A program made the translations under genes and the position numbers. 64,000 bases of DNA from Candidatus Deferrimicrobiaceae bacterium (GTDB lineage: Bacteria > Desulfobacterota > Deferrimicrobia > Deferrimicrobiales > Deferrimicrobiaceae): positions 1 to 64,000 of the forward strand of contig CAWBVY010000010.1 in assembly GCA_963792415.1 (NCBI GenBank), written 5' to 3'. The notes under the pieces are model-generated. The model worked only from the letters and a program-made list of their open reading frames with translations. It made no database searches and had not been told where the DNA came from. Shown one piece after another: positions 53,421 through 64,000 of this stretch. Position 1 is the stretch's first letter. Each line of letters opens with the position of its first letter.

Positions 53421-53824
53421 CCCGGGGAACCTGCGTCGGTTTCCCCTCCGACGAACCCGGCGTACTCCTCTTCGGTAAGCAGGCCGTCGATCTCTTCACG
53501 TGCGGCCGGGCGGATCGACAGCAGCCACCCCTCGCCGTACGGATCCTCCGTCACCTTCCGCGGGGCGCTCTCCGTCTCCGGGTTGACGGCGACCACGATT
53601 CCCGAGAGCGGAGACCGGAGTTCGAACACGGTAGTGGTGGATTCGACCAGCCCGATCGGCTCCCCGGCGGAAATCTCCGTCAGCGGGGGGGGAAGCTCCA
53701 CGGAGACGACGTCCCCGAGGAACGCTCCCGGCACGTGGGTCAGCCCGCAGCGCACGTCGCCGGAACCGCCCGGCATCGCCCAGGCGTGGGACCGCGAATA
53801 GCGGCGGTCCGGCGGCGGGTGCAT
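53393..53824 (-). CDS. Glycine cleavage H-like protein lacking the lipoyl-Lys
   Basis: RYS.SH.W, LGDVV.VELP, VES-T-T, SPLSG.VVAVN, DPYGEGW. Confidence 0.82.
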   Translation of the reverse strand: MHPPPDRRYSRSHAWAMPGGSGDVRCGLTHVPGAFLGDVVSVELPPPLTEISAGEPIGLVESTTTVFELRSPLSGIVVAVNPETESAPRKVTEDPYGEGWLLSIRPAAREEIDGLLTEEEYAGFVGGETDAGSPGQRSRSAPP

Positions 53825-53832
53825 CGCGGATT

Positions 53833-54693
53833 CTACCCGATGGCCGTGCGGCGGATCGCCGCTTCGCAGGTGTTCTGCATCAGCATCGCGATCGTCATCG
53901 GGCCGACCCCGCCGGGAACGGGGGAGAGGAGCCCCGCCACCTCCTTCGCCTCGTCGAAGGCGACGTCGCCGCAAAGCTTCCCAGCGGCGTTCCGGTTCAT
54001 CCCGACGTCGATCACGACGGCCCCCGGCTTGATCCAGGAGCCCCGGATCATCTCCGCCCGGCCCACCGCCGCCACCACCACGTCCCCGGTCCGGACCACG
54101 GAGGGAAGGTCGACGGTGCGGGAGTGGCAGATCGTCACGGTCGCGTGCCGCGAAAGGAGAAGCATCGCCGCCGGCTTCCCGACGATGTTGCTGCGTCCGA
54201 CGACGACCGCGTGCTTCCCTTTCAACTCCACTTTTTCGTAGTCGAGCATGGTCAGGATTCCGTACGGCGTGCACGGGAGGAACGAGGTGCCGCCCGTGAA
54301 GAGGCGTCCGGCGTTCACCGGATGGAAGCCGTCGACGTCCTTGGCCGGATCGACCGCCTCGATCACCTTGGATTCGACGATCTGCTTCGGAAGGGGGAGC
54401 TGCACGAGGATTCCGTGGACGGTGTCGTCGGCGTTCAGCCGCGCCACGAGGTCGAGCAGCTCGGACTCCGGGGTGGACGCGGGGAGGTCGATCTGTCGGG
54501 AGAGGAACCCCGCCTCCGAGGCCGCCTTCCCCTTGTTGCGGACATACACCTGCGACGCGGGGTCTTCCCCCACGAGGACGACGGTGAGGCCGGGGCGGAC
54601 CCCCGTGCGGGCGGTGAACTCCGCCACCCGCTCCTTGACGCCGGCCCGGACGGACGCGGCGATGGCTTTCCCGTCGATCAACTTGGCGGTCAT
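53833..54693 (-). CDS. folD: Bifunctional methylenetetrahydrofolate dehydrogenase/cyclohydrolase
   Basis: [44 protein letters not shown]. Confidence 0.96.
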   Translation of the reverse strand: MTAKLIDGKAIAASVRAGVKERVAEFTARTGVRPGLTVVLVGEDPASQVYVRNKGKAASEAGFLSRQIDLPASTPESELLDLVARLNADDTVHGILVQLPLPKQIVESKVIEAVDPAKDVDGFHPVNAGRLFTGGTSFLPCTPYGILTMLDYEKVELKGKHAVVVGRSNIVGKPAAMLLLSRHATVTICHSRTVDLPSVVRTGDVVVAAVGRAEMIRGSWIKPGAVVIDVGMNRNAAGKLCGDVAFDEAKEVAGLLSPVPGGVGPMTIAMLMQNTCEAAIRRTAIG

Positions 54694-54727
54694 GGGCGCC
54701 CCCCGGGCCTGTCGAGTCTATCTTACC

Positions 54728-55021
54728 TTAATCGAGTTTCGGGCAGCCGGCGCAGGCGGGAGGGGGCGCTCCGGCCCCGGACGCCGCCGGGCAGGACGCC
54801 GCCGGGGACTCCTTCCCCTTGCCGTTCCCGTCGTCGTGGCTCTTCTTCCCGTAGTCGGTCGCGTACCACCCGCTCCCCTTCAGGACGAAGGCGGAGGAGG
54901 AGATCATCTGGTCGACCCTGCCGCCGCAGGAGGGGCACTTCCTCATCGGCCTGTCGTGCGTCCCCTCGATCCGCTCGACGACCGCCTCGCACTTCCGGCA
55001 CCGGTACTCGTGGATGGGCAT
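54728..55021 (-). CDS. FmdB family zinc-ribbon protein
   Basis: MPIHEYRC..C...CP.CGG...F.LKGSGWYATDY. Confidence 0.88.
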   Translation of the reverse strand: MPIHEYRCRKCEAVVERIEGTHDRPMRKCPSCGGRVDQMISSSAFVLKGSGWYATDYGKKSHDDGNGKGKESPAASCPAASGAGAPPPACAGCPKLD

Positions 55022-55051
55022 GACCCTGTCTCCTCCTTGCCTGGCGAAACG

Positions 55052-55086
55052 AAAAAAGCTCCCCGGGCCGCGACGGCCCGGGGAGC
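55052..55086 (-). terminator. Rho-independent terminator of groESL
   Basis: 13-bp GC stem followed by TTTTTT on - strand. Confidence 0.85.
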
Positions 55087-55106
55087 GGTACCGCTATTTC
55101 TCCATT

Positions 55107-57072
<1,966 letters not shown>

Positions 57073-57121
57073 GCTGTTTCCTCCCTCACCCTTGAAATTG
57101 GTCCATGTGGCCTGACGGCAG

Positions 57122-57148
57122 TTAGCACTCGTTCGAGTTGAGTGCTAA
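57122..57148. promoter_or_regulatory. CIRCE element (HrcA operator)
   Basis: Perfect TTAGCACTC-N9-GAGTGCTAA; sigma70 promoter TTGACA-N18-TATGAT just upstream (57183-57154, - strand). Confidence 0.95.
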
Positions 57149-57290
57149 CAGCGATCATACCGAAGACCATGGAAGGATGTCAAGGGGATACGGAAAAAAG
57201 GAGCTTTATTCTATAAACGCTATATTATCAATACGTTTCAGCAGAACCGGAAGCCGCGCTGCAGCAGAACGGGAAGCCGGAGGGACCGTT

Positions 57291-57563
57291 TTATAGCTTC
57301 CGGCGGGTGATCTCCTCCTCGAAATATTTCCGGTAGAGGATCTCCCACTCGCGCCCGCCCTCCTGCACTTTGCGGGAAAGCCGCGAGATCCGGTCCCGGG
57401 CGAACGCGTCCACCGCCTCCTCCGCGTCCGCGTACGAATCCAGGACCGCCTTGGCTTCCCGGTGCGCCGCCGCTTCGTCCGGGAAATCGGCGAGCCCCCC
57501 CTTCTGGAGCGCGTTGCGCAGCCGGTGGGAGAGATGGGAGATGCGGGGATCGGTCAGGCGCAC
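57291..57563 (-). CDS. DUF507 family protein
   Basis: MRLT...ISHL...GGREWEILYRKYFEEE. Confidence 0.8.
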   Translation of the reverse strand: MRLTDPRISHLSHRLRNALQKGGLADFPDEAAAHREAKAVLDSYADAEEAVDAFARDRISRLSRKVQEGGREWEILYRKYFEEEITRRKL

Positions 57564-57573
57564 GGCGTTCTCC

Positions 57574-57855
57574 TCACAGGACGACGTCCCGCTCCCTGGC
57601 GAGACGTTCCTTGATCTTCTGGAACAGGACGCGGCTGTTCGCCTGGGACCCTTCGATCTTCCCCATGTGCTTCTCCAGGAGCGCCTCCGCCTCGCGGTCG
57701 AGCTCCGCCTCGCGCTGGATGTCCTTCTGGATCTCCCCGGTCATCCGGGAGAGGAGCGCCTCGTCGGACGCTTTCGGGTGGATCAACCCCTTCGCCTTCC
57801 AGCGGGCCAGGATCGCGGCGCAGAGACGCCGGACCAGATCATCGGTGAACCTCAA
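57574..57855 (-). CDS. DUF507 family protein (second, divergent paralog)
   Basis: TTG start; E..LDREAE.LLE....LFQKIK..LARER.VVL. Confidence 0.75.
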   Translation of the reverse strand: MRFTDDLVRRLCAAILARWKAKGLIHPKASDEALLSRMTGEIQKDIQREAELDREAEALLEKHMGKIEGSQANSRVLFQKIKERLARERDVVL

Positions 57856-58775
57856 CGCCCCGCCCCTTTCGGCCTGGTTGCCCAGCCGCGGAAGTCGGGG
57901 CCGATGTCGCCCCGCTTCCTGTATCTTTCCATCGAAACGGCGCAGGGGCAATTCCTTTCCTCCCCCGCGACGGCGCGGGCGGCCGCGATCGCAATCCCCG
58001 GGATCGCGTTTTTCGCCGCCTCGACGGCCGCCGCCTCCCCGGGAGGCAGCATCCCCTCGAACAGGGCGCCGGGCCGGTACGGCATCTTCCGCGCCCCTTC
58101 CGCGTAGTTCGTCACGTACGCCACCGGCGCGTAGCAGATCTCCAGCTCCCGCGCGAGGAACGCCTCGGGGCACAGGGTCATCCCGACGAGATCCGCCCCG
58201 GCGCGCGCGAGAAACCGGATCTCGGCGGGGGTCTCGAGGCGCGGCCCCTCGGTGCAGGCGTAGGTGGCGGAGGGGTGGAATCGCCCTGCTCCGCCCCCTG
58301 CGTAGCGCCGCTTCGCTGCGCGGAGCAGGGCGCTTCGCAGGGCTTCGCAGAACACCGGGAACTGCCGGAGGAAGCCGATCCCCTTCCCCTCGTAGAAGGT
58401 CGAAGGGCGGTTCCGGGTGAAGTCGAGGAGATCGTCGGGAAGGACCAGGTCGCCGGGCCGGAACTTCCGGGCGATGGCGCCGGGCCCCGTCCAGGCGACG
58501 ATCCGCGTCACCCCCAGGGACTTCGCGGCGTAGATGTTGGCGCGGTAGTTCACGTACGGCGCGGTCTTTTCGTACCCCGTCTCGCCGTGCCGGGAGAGGA
58601 AGAGGAAGCGGAACCCGGCCCTCTCGCAGAGGTGGACGGGGTTCGAAAGGCCGTACGGCGTCCGGACGCGCCGGGAGGAGAGCCTCTCCCCCAGCGTCCC
58701 CTCCGGCAGGGCGTATGCCCCGGATCCTCCGAGGAGGAGGACCCGGGGCGGCTTCGTATGCGGACTCCCGCTCAG
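57852..58775 (-). CDS. MTAP family purine nucleoside phosphorylase (start codon unclear)
   Basis: LGGSG, RTPYG.S, LSRHG, VNYRANI, TEGPRLETPAEI, VGMT..PE..LARE. Confidence 0.88.
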   Translation of the reverse strand: MSGSPHTKPPRVLLLGGSGAYALPEGTLGERLSSRRVRTPYGLSNPVHLCERAGFRFLFLSRHGETGYEKTAPYVNYRANIYAAKSLGVTRIVAWTGPGAIARKFRPGDLVLPDDLLDFTRNRPSTFYEGKGIGFLRQFPVFCEALRSALLRAAKRRYAGGGAGRFHPSATYACTEGPRLETPAEIRFLARAGADLVGMTLCPEAFLARELEICYAPVAYVTNYAEGARKMPYRPGALFEGMLPPGEAAAVEAAKNAIPGIAIAAARAVAGEERNCPCAVSMERYRKRGDIGPDFRGWATRPKGAGR

Positions 58776-59530
58776 AAGTTGACCCGGAAACCGAAGTTGA
58801 GCTCCCACCCGCTCATGTCGAGGTCGAAGGATCCCCCATACTTGTCGGTGAACGTGGGTTGCACCATCTGGTAGCGGCCTTCGAAGTTCAGGGCGGCCCT
58901 CGGGCTGAGCCAGAAATCCATGCCCAGGGAGAAGTAGCCGCCGATGGTGGTGTTGGAGTCGTCGGTGCCCGGGTAGTACAGGCTGGGGGTGTAGGAGAAC
59001 GCTTCCTCCTCGAGACTGGCGAAATAGACCCCGATCCCGCCCCCGAAATACGGCTCGAAAACCGGATGAGGCAAGATGAGCCGCCCGCCGATCGTCACCG
59101 GGACCACCGACGCCTTGTCGGATCCGCGTTCGGCGGAGAAGTAGCCGACCGTCCCCTCGATGGCGGCGATCGGGCTCACGCGGGAGCCGAAGCCGACGTT
59201 GCCGCTGAGATCCGAGCCGTATCCCGACAGCCCGTACGTCCCGTAGTAATCGGTGTAGTAATCGCTGGGTTCGAAGATCCCTACGTTCCCGAACAGGTAC
59301 GGCCCCGCGTGGAACCCGGCCGGCCGGAACGGAGGGGGCGGGGCCCCGCGCGGCGGCGGGGCCGGCGCGTACACCCCGGGGCCCCGTTCGTACCGGTCGT
59401 ACTCGGCGGCGACGCCGGTCGCGGCGGTCGCGGCGACGAAAAGCCCGGCGAGAACCAACGTCAGCGTGGCGCATCGACGCCACCGATGCATCGGGCCATT
59501 TGCGGGACGCCGTACCGGATGCCTCCTCAT
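58772..59530 (-). CDS. Outer-membrane beta-barrel protein (OmpA/OmpW-like)
   Basis: Signal peptide, alternating beta-strands, PYFGGGIG, terminal Phe (GFRVNF). Confidence 0.75.
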   Translation of the reverse strand: MRRHPVRRPANGPMHRWRRCATLTLVLAGLFVAATAATGVAAEYDRYERGPGVYAPAPPPRGAPPPPFRPAGFHAGPYLFGNVGIFEPSDYYTDYYGTYGLSGYGSDLSGNVGFGSRVSPIAAIEGTVGYFSAERGSDKASVVPVTIGGRLILPHPVFEPYFGGGIGVYFASLEEEAFSYTPSLYYPGTDDSNTTIGGYFSLGMDFWLSPRAALNFEGRYQMVQPTFTDKYGGSFDLDMSGWELNFGFRVNF

Positions 59531-59668
59531 CGTGTCCTCCTTCTTCCCCGGGCGGACCCGGGGACCGATTCGAGGATACCGCCCGCCGAGGTGGAAAGAA
59601 AGGGGCGGAATCCATATAATGGTGCCTTCTCTGTACATCAATATACGACGTGCCGGCGGGGGATATTC

Positions 59669-60688
59669 ATGATCATCGTCATGGGGGCGGGTGCGGCCCG
59701 GAAAGAGATCCGCACCGTCATCGCCAGGATCAGGGCGCTGGGGTACACCCCGCACCCGATCTTCGGGAAGGAACGCACCGTCATCGGCGCGATCGGGGAC
59801 GAGCGCGGCAAGAACGTCCTCCAGGGGCTCGAGTCGCTCCCCGGGGTGGAGCGGGTCGTCCCGATCCTCAAGCCGTACAAGCTCGCCAGCCGCGAGGTGA
59901 AGGCGGAACGGACGGTCATCCGCATCGCCCCCGGGGTGACGGTCGGGGACCGCCAGCTCCTGGTCATCGCGGGCCCCTGCTCCGTGGAAAGCGAGGCGCA
60001 GATGATCGAAACGGCGCTGGCCGTGAAGAAGGCCGGCGCTCACGTGCTGCGCGGCGGGGCCTGGAAGCCGCGCACCTCCCCGTACGCCTTCCAGGGGCTG
60101 GAGCTCAAGGGCCTCAAGATCCTGCGCAAGGCGGGGGATCGCGCGGGGATGCCGATCGTCACCGAGGTGATGAACCCGGCCGACGTGGAGCGGATCGCGG
60201 AATATTCCGACGTCCTCCAGGTCGGGGCGCGCAACGTCCAGAACTTCTCCCTCCTCAAGCGGATCGGCAAGTCGAAGCGCCCCATCCTCCTCAAGCGCGG
60301 GATGATGACGACGATCACCGAGTACCTGATGAGCGCGGAATATTGCCTCTCCGAGGGGAGCCGCCAGGTGATCCTGTGCGAGCGCGGGATCCGGACCTTC
60401 GAGGATTCCACGCGGAACACCCTCGACCTTTCGGCGATCCCGGTCCTCAAGGAGCGCACCCACCTGCCGGTCATCGCGGACCCGTCCCACGCCACCGGCG
60501 TGGCCCGCCTCGTCCCGCCCATGGCGTGCGCCGCCATCGCCGCGGGCGCCGACGGGCTGATGATCGAAGTCCACCCCACGCCGGAGAAGGCGCTCTCCGA
60601 CGGTCCGCAGTCGCTGGACTTCACGAGGTTCGCCGACGCGATGGCGATGCTCCAGCCTTTCATCACGGCGGCGGGGCGAACGCTCTGA
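59669..60688 (+). CDS. aroF: 3-deoxy-7-phosphoheptulonate (DAHP) synthase, type I-beta
   Basis: IAGPCSVES, KPRTSPYAFQG, GARNVQNF, CERGIRTF, DPSH. Confidence 0.93.
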   Translation: MIIVMGAGAARKEIRTVIARIRALGYTPHPIFGKERTVIGAIGDERGKNVLQGLESLPGVERVVPILKPYKLASREVKAERTVIRIAPGVTVGDRQLLVIAGPCSVESEAQMIETALAVKKAGAHVLRGGAWKPRTSPYAFQGLELKGLKILRKAGDRAGMPIVTEVMNPADVERIAEYSDVLQVGARNVQNFSLLKRIGKSKRPILLKRGMMTTITEYLMSAEYCLSEGSRQVILCERGIRTFEDSTRNTLDLSAIPVLKERTHLPVIADPSHATGVARLVPPMACAAIAAGADGLMIEVHPTPEKALSDGPQSLDFTRFADAMAMLQPFITAAGRTL

Positions 60689-62979
60689 TCCGCAGGATCC
60701 TCCTCCCGGCGCTCGCGGCGGCTCTTCTCCTCCACTTCGGCTACTCGTACTACCGGGTGGGGCGGGGGGTCGCCGGGGACGCCTGGGAGGTCCCCTCCAT
60801 CCTCTACGGACGCCCCACGGAAGTCCGCACGGGGGACCACCTCGGGAACCTCCGGTTCATCGACCGGCTGCGCCGCCTCTCCTACAGGACGGTCGTGGGG
60901 AAGCCGACCGTCGCCGGGACCTGGTCCGTGGAACCCGACCGGATCCGGATCTTCACGCGCGACTACCGGATCGAGGAGCTCGCGCACAACGGCGGCCCGG
61001 TGGAGATCGGGATCCGCAACCGGCGGGTCGCTTCGATCGTCTCCTACGCCGGGGTCCCGCTCGATTCGATCCACCTCGAGCCGGAGGAGATCGGGCGGAT
61101 CCTCGGCCCCCGGATGGAATCGCGGCGGATCGTCCCCCTTTCCGCGATCCCGTTGTCGCTGCAGCAGGCCGTGCTCGCCGCCGAGGACGCCCGGTTCTAC
61201 TCCCACCATGGCATCGACGCGGTCGGGGTCGGCCGCGCGCTCGTCCGGAATCTGCGGGAGTGGCGATTCGCCCAGGGGGGGTCCACGATCACCCAGCAGC
61301 TGGCGAAGAACTTCTTCCTCTCCCCGAAGAAGACGATCGGGCGGAAGCTTCGCGAGGCGGAGCTCGCCCTCGCGCTCGAACTGCGGTACCCGAAGAAGAC
61401 GATCCTCGAGATGTACCTGAACAAGATCTACTTCGGCCAGGAGGGGGCCCGCGGGATCTACGGCGTCGAGGAGGCGGCGGGCTTCTACTTCTCGAAGCGC
61501 GCGGCGGACCTCACCCTCGAGGAGGCCGCGACGCTGGCCGGCGTCATCCGCTCGCCGAACCGGTACTCCCCGTTCCGCGACCCGGCGGCCGCCAAGGAGC
61601 GCCGCGACACGGTGCTCGCGAGGATGCGCCAGCTGGGGATGGTCGGGGAGAAGGAGTACCTCCGGGCCTCCCACGCCCCGGTCCGGATGCGGGCGCGGCG
61701 CTCCCCGGCGAACATGGCCGCGTACTTCGCGGACTACATCCAGAGAGTCACCGAGGACGACCTGGGGGGCGAGAAGCTCTTCCGCACCGGCTACCGCTTC
61801 TACACCACCCTCGACCCCGTGCAGCAGGCCGCGGCGGAGGAGGCGGTGGCGAAGGGGCTCGCGGAGATCGAAAAAACGGCCCGGCCCGCCGCCGAGCCGC
61901 TGCAGGCGGCGCTCGTCGCGGTGGACCCGGCGACCGGAGAGATGACCGCGATGGTCGGGGGGCGCGGCTACGGCGAGACGCAGTTCAACCGGGCGGTCGA
62001 CGCGAGGAGGCAGCCGGGGAGCGCCTTCAAGCCGTTCGTCCTGCTGACGGCGATGGCGCGGGCGGCGGACGGGAGGGGGAAGACGACGCTCTCCACGTTC
62101 GTCTCCGGCGAGCCCGTGACGGTGCCGGGACCGAAGGGGCCGTGGACCCCTTCGAACTTCGAGGGGAAGCGCTACGGGGAGATCTCGGTGCGGGAGGCGC
62201 TCGTGGAGTCGGTGAACACCGCCACCGTCCGGCTCGCGCTGGACGCCGGACTGAGCGAGGTGGTGAAGACCGCCCGCGCCGCGGGGATCCGGTCCCCCCT
62301 CTCCCCCGTCCCCTCGGCGGCGCTGGGCAGCTTCGAGGTGACGCCGATGGAGCTCGCCTACGCCTACGCGACGATCGCGTCCGGCGGGATCCGCTACGAT
62401 CCGTTCCCTCTCTTCTCCGCGACCACCGCGTCCGGGGAGATCCTCACCGCGTCCAAGGTCCACTGGGAGCGCGCGATCGATCCGCGGGCGGCGTACCTCA
62501 CCGGGTACGCGATGCAAGGGGTCCTCGACAACGGCACGGCGAAAACGGCGAGGGAGATGGGGGTCTACTTCCCCGCCTCGGGAAAGACCGGGACCACGGA
62601 CGGGAACCGCGACTCCTGGTTCGTCGGCTACACCCCCGACGTGGTCTGCGCGGTCTGGGTCGGGTACGACTCGGGCGCGGACACGGGGGTGACCGGGGCG
62701 CGCGGCGCCCTGCGCATCTGGGCCCGCTTCCTGCGCGCCCTCTACCCGGAATCCGGACCCCTGACGCTTCGGGCCCCCGACGGGATCGAGTTCGCGGAGA
62801 TCGACCCGGAGTCCGGGTTTCTCGCCACCACCGCGTGCCCGCAGACGCTGCGGGAGGCGTACCTTTCCGGGACGGCGCCGAGGGAGACGTGTCCCCTCCA
62901 CCCCGTGGACCCCGTCGTGGACGCCTTCCGCCGGGGGGTGCGCAACCTCGGCGACTACATCCGCAGCCTGTTCAAGTAG
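60685..62979 (+). CDS. Class A penicillin-binding protein (PBP1b-like)
   Basis: AEDARFY.H.G, GGSTITQQLAKN, RK..E, SAFK (SxxK), SVN, KTG; UB2H-like segment; start uncertain (CTG at 60685). Confidence 0.9.
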   Translation: MIRRILLPALAAALLLHFGYSYYRVGRGVAGDAWEVPSILYGRPTEVRTGDHLGNLRFIDRLRRLSYRTVVGKPTVAGTWSVEPDRIRIFTRDYRIEELAHNGGPVEIGIRNRRVASIVSYAGVPLDSIHLEPEEIGRILGPRMESRRIVPLSAIPLSLQQAVLAAEDARFYSHHGIDAVGVGRALVRNLREWRFAQGGSTITQQLAKNFFLSPKKTIGRKLREAELALALELRYPKKTILEMYLNKIYFGQEGARGIYGVEEAAGFYFSKRAADLTLEEAATLAGVIRSPNRYSPFRDPAAAKERRDTVLARMRQLGMVGEKEYLRASHAPVRMRARRSPANMAAYFADYIQRVTEDDLGGEKLFRTGYRFYTTLDPVQQAAAEEAVAKGLAEIEKTARPAAEPLQAALVAVDPATGEMTAMVGGRGYGETQFNRAVDARRQPGSAFKPFVLLTAMARAADGRGKTTLSTFVSGEPVTVPGPKGPWTPSNFEGKRYGEISVREALVESVNTATVRLALDAGLSEVVKTARAAGIRSPLSPVPSAALGSFEVTPMELAYAYATIASGGIRYDPFPLFSATTASGEILTASKVHWERAIDPRAAYLTGYAMQGVLDNGTAKTAREMGVYFPASGKTGTTDGNRDSWFVGYTPDVVCAVWVGYDSGADTGVTGARGALRIWARFLRALYPESGPLTLRAPDGIEFAEIDPESGFLATTACPQTLREAYLSGTAPRETCPLHPVDPVVDAFRRGVRNLGDYIRSLFK

Positions 62980-63033
62980 CCGGACCGCATGGTATAAAAA
63001 CTGGTTACCCACACTATGGAGAAGAGCCGGATC

Positions 63034-64000
63034 ATGGAGTACAAGGAAACGCTCAACCTGCCGCAGACCGAATTCCCGATGCGGGCCAACCTCGCCCAGC
63101 GGGAGCCCGCAATGCTTGCCCGGTGGGAGGGGATGGGCCTGCACCGGAGGATGGTCGAGAACCGGAAAGGGCGGCCCACCTTCGTCCTCCACGACGGCCC
63201 GCCCTACGCGAACGGGCACATCCACATCGGGCACGCGCTGAACAAGATCCTCAAGGACATGATCGTCAAGTACCGGACGATGGCGGGGGCCCTCTCCGTC
63301 TACGTCCCCGGCTGGGACTGCCACGGCCTGCCGATCGAGCACCAGGTGGACAAGACCCTCGGCGCGAAGAAGGGGACGATCCCCACCGGGGACAAGCGCC
63401 GCCTCTGCCGTTCGTTCGCGGCGAAGTTCATCGACATCCAGAGGGAGGAGTTCAAGCGCCTCGGCGTGCTGGGCGACTGGGAGAACCCGTACCGGACGAT
63501 GGCGTTCGACTACGAGGCCGGCATCCTGCGGGAGTTCGGCCGGTTCGTGGAGAGCGGCGCGGTCTACCAGGGGACGAAGCCGGTCTACTGGTGCCTCTCG
63601 TGCCGGACGGCGCTGGCCGAGGCCGAAGTCGAGTACGCGGACCACGCCTCCCCCTCCATCCACGTCAAGTTCCCGTTCGCGGAGCCGCCGGAGAGGATCC
63701 ACCCTCTGCTGGCGGGGAAGAAGGTCTTCTTCGTCATCTGGACGACCACGCCGTGGACGATCCCCGCCAACCTCGGGATCGCGCTCCACCCCGACTACGA
63801 CTACGTCGCGCTCGAGGCGGGCGGCGAGGCGTACGTCGTCGCCGAGGGGCTTGCCGGGCGGTTCGCGTCCGAGACGGGACTTTCCTCCCCGACGACTCTC
63901 GCGACGTTCCGCGCGGCGCACCTCGAGCGGATGCGGTGCCGCCATCCGTTCGCGGACCGCGACTCCCTCCTCGTCCTGGCCGACTACGTGACGCTCGAGG
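63034..64000 (+). CDS. ileS: Isoleucine--tRNA ligase (5' part, runs off window)
   Basis: [53 protein letters not shown]. Confidence 0.95.
   Translation, partial: MEYKETLNLPQTEFPMRANLAQREPAMLARWEGMGLHRRMVENRKGRPTFVLHDGPPYANGHIHIGHALNKILKDMIVKYRTMAGALSVYVPGWDCHGLPIEHQVDKTLGAKKGTIPTGDKRRLCRSFAAKFIDIQREEFKRLGVLGDWENPYRTMAFDYEAGILREFGRFVESGAVYQGTKPVYWCLSCRTALAEAEVEYADHASPSIHVKFPFAEPPERIHPLLAGKKVFFVIWTTTPWTIPANLGIALHPDYDYVALEAGGEAYVVAEGLAGRFASETGLSSPTTLATFRAAHLERMRCRHPFADRDSLLVLADYVTLE

Noticed and set aside
57239-57279. 18-bp imperfect direct repeat (CAGCAGAAC[C/G]GGAAGCCG) upstream of groES
   Set aside because: Two copies only, no match to a motif I recognise; CIRCE already explains the regulation.

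Overview
High-GC bacterial chromosomal window. Gene content looks deltaproteobacterial-like; this is inference only, and MBNT15/Deferrimicrobiota is a possibility. Housekeeping blocks: fumarate hydratase, tenA-thiL-thiD, yajQ, ilvBN, tRNA-Asp/Val/Leu, tig-clpP-clpX-lon, eno-gpmI, HU, folD, groES-groEL with a perfect CIRCE, DAHP synthase, a class A PBP and the 5' part of ileS. The main accessory region (~4.8-17.6 kb) looks like a sigma54-driven metal-handling island. It holds cusCBA-like RND genes, a Met/His-rich periplasmic protein, a DUF2318/ABC module with Cys motifs, a PII-like protein, a cytochrome c'-like protein and a very Met-rich three-repeat lipoprotein. Three -24/-12 promoters there share a tandem 14-bp palindrome, and four apparent single-base frameshifts cluster in it. 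An 11-gene Mrp-type antiporter operon follows. Other oddities: a stand-alone DAHP-synthase regulatory domain coupled to chorismate mutase, a GcvH-like protein without the lipoyl lysine, a TTGAC-N4-GTCAA box at about -41.5, a pseudoREC-HD-GYP-REC-DUF4388/PilZ pair behind gpmI, and a decayed AT-richer scar at the 3' end of tRNA-Val. No CRISPR array, transposase or intact integrase was seen. All family calls come from motif recognition by eye, not database searches.
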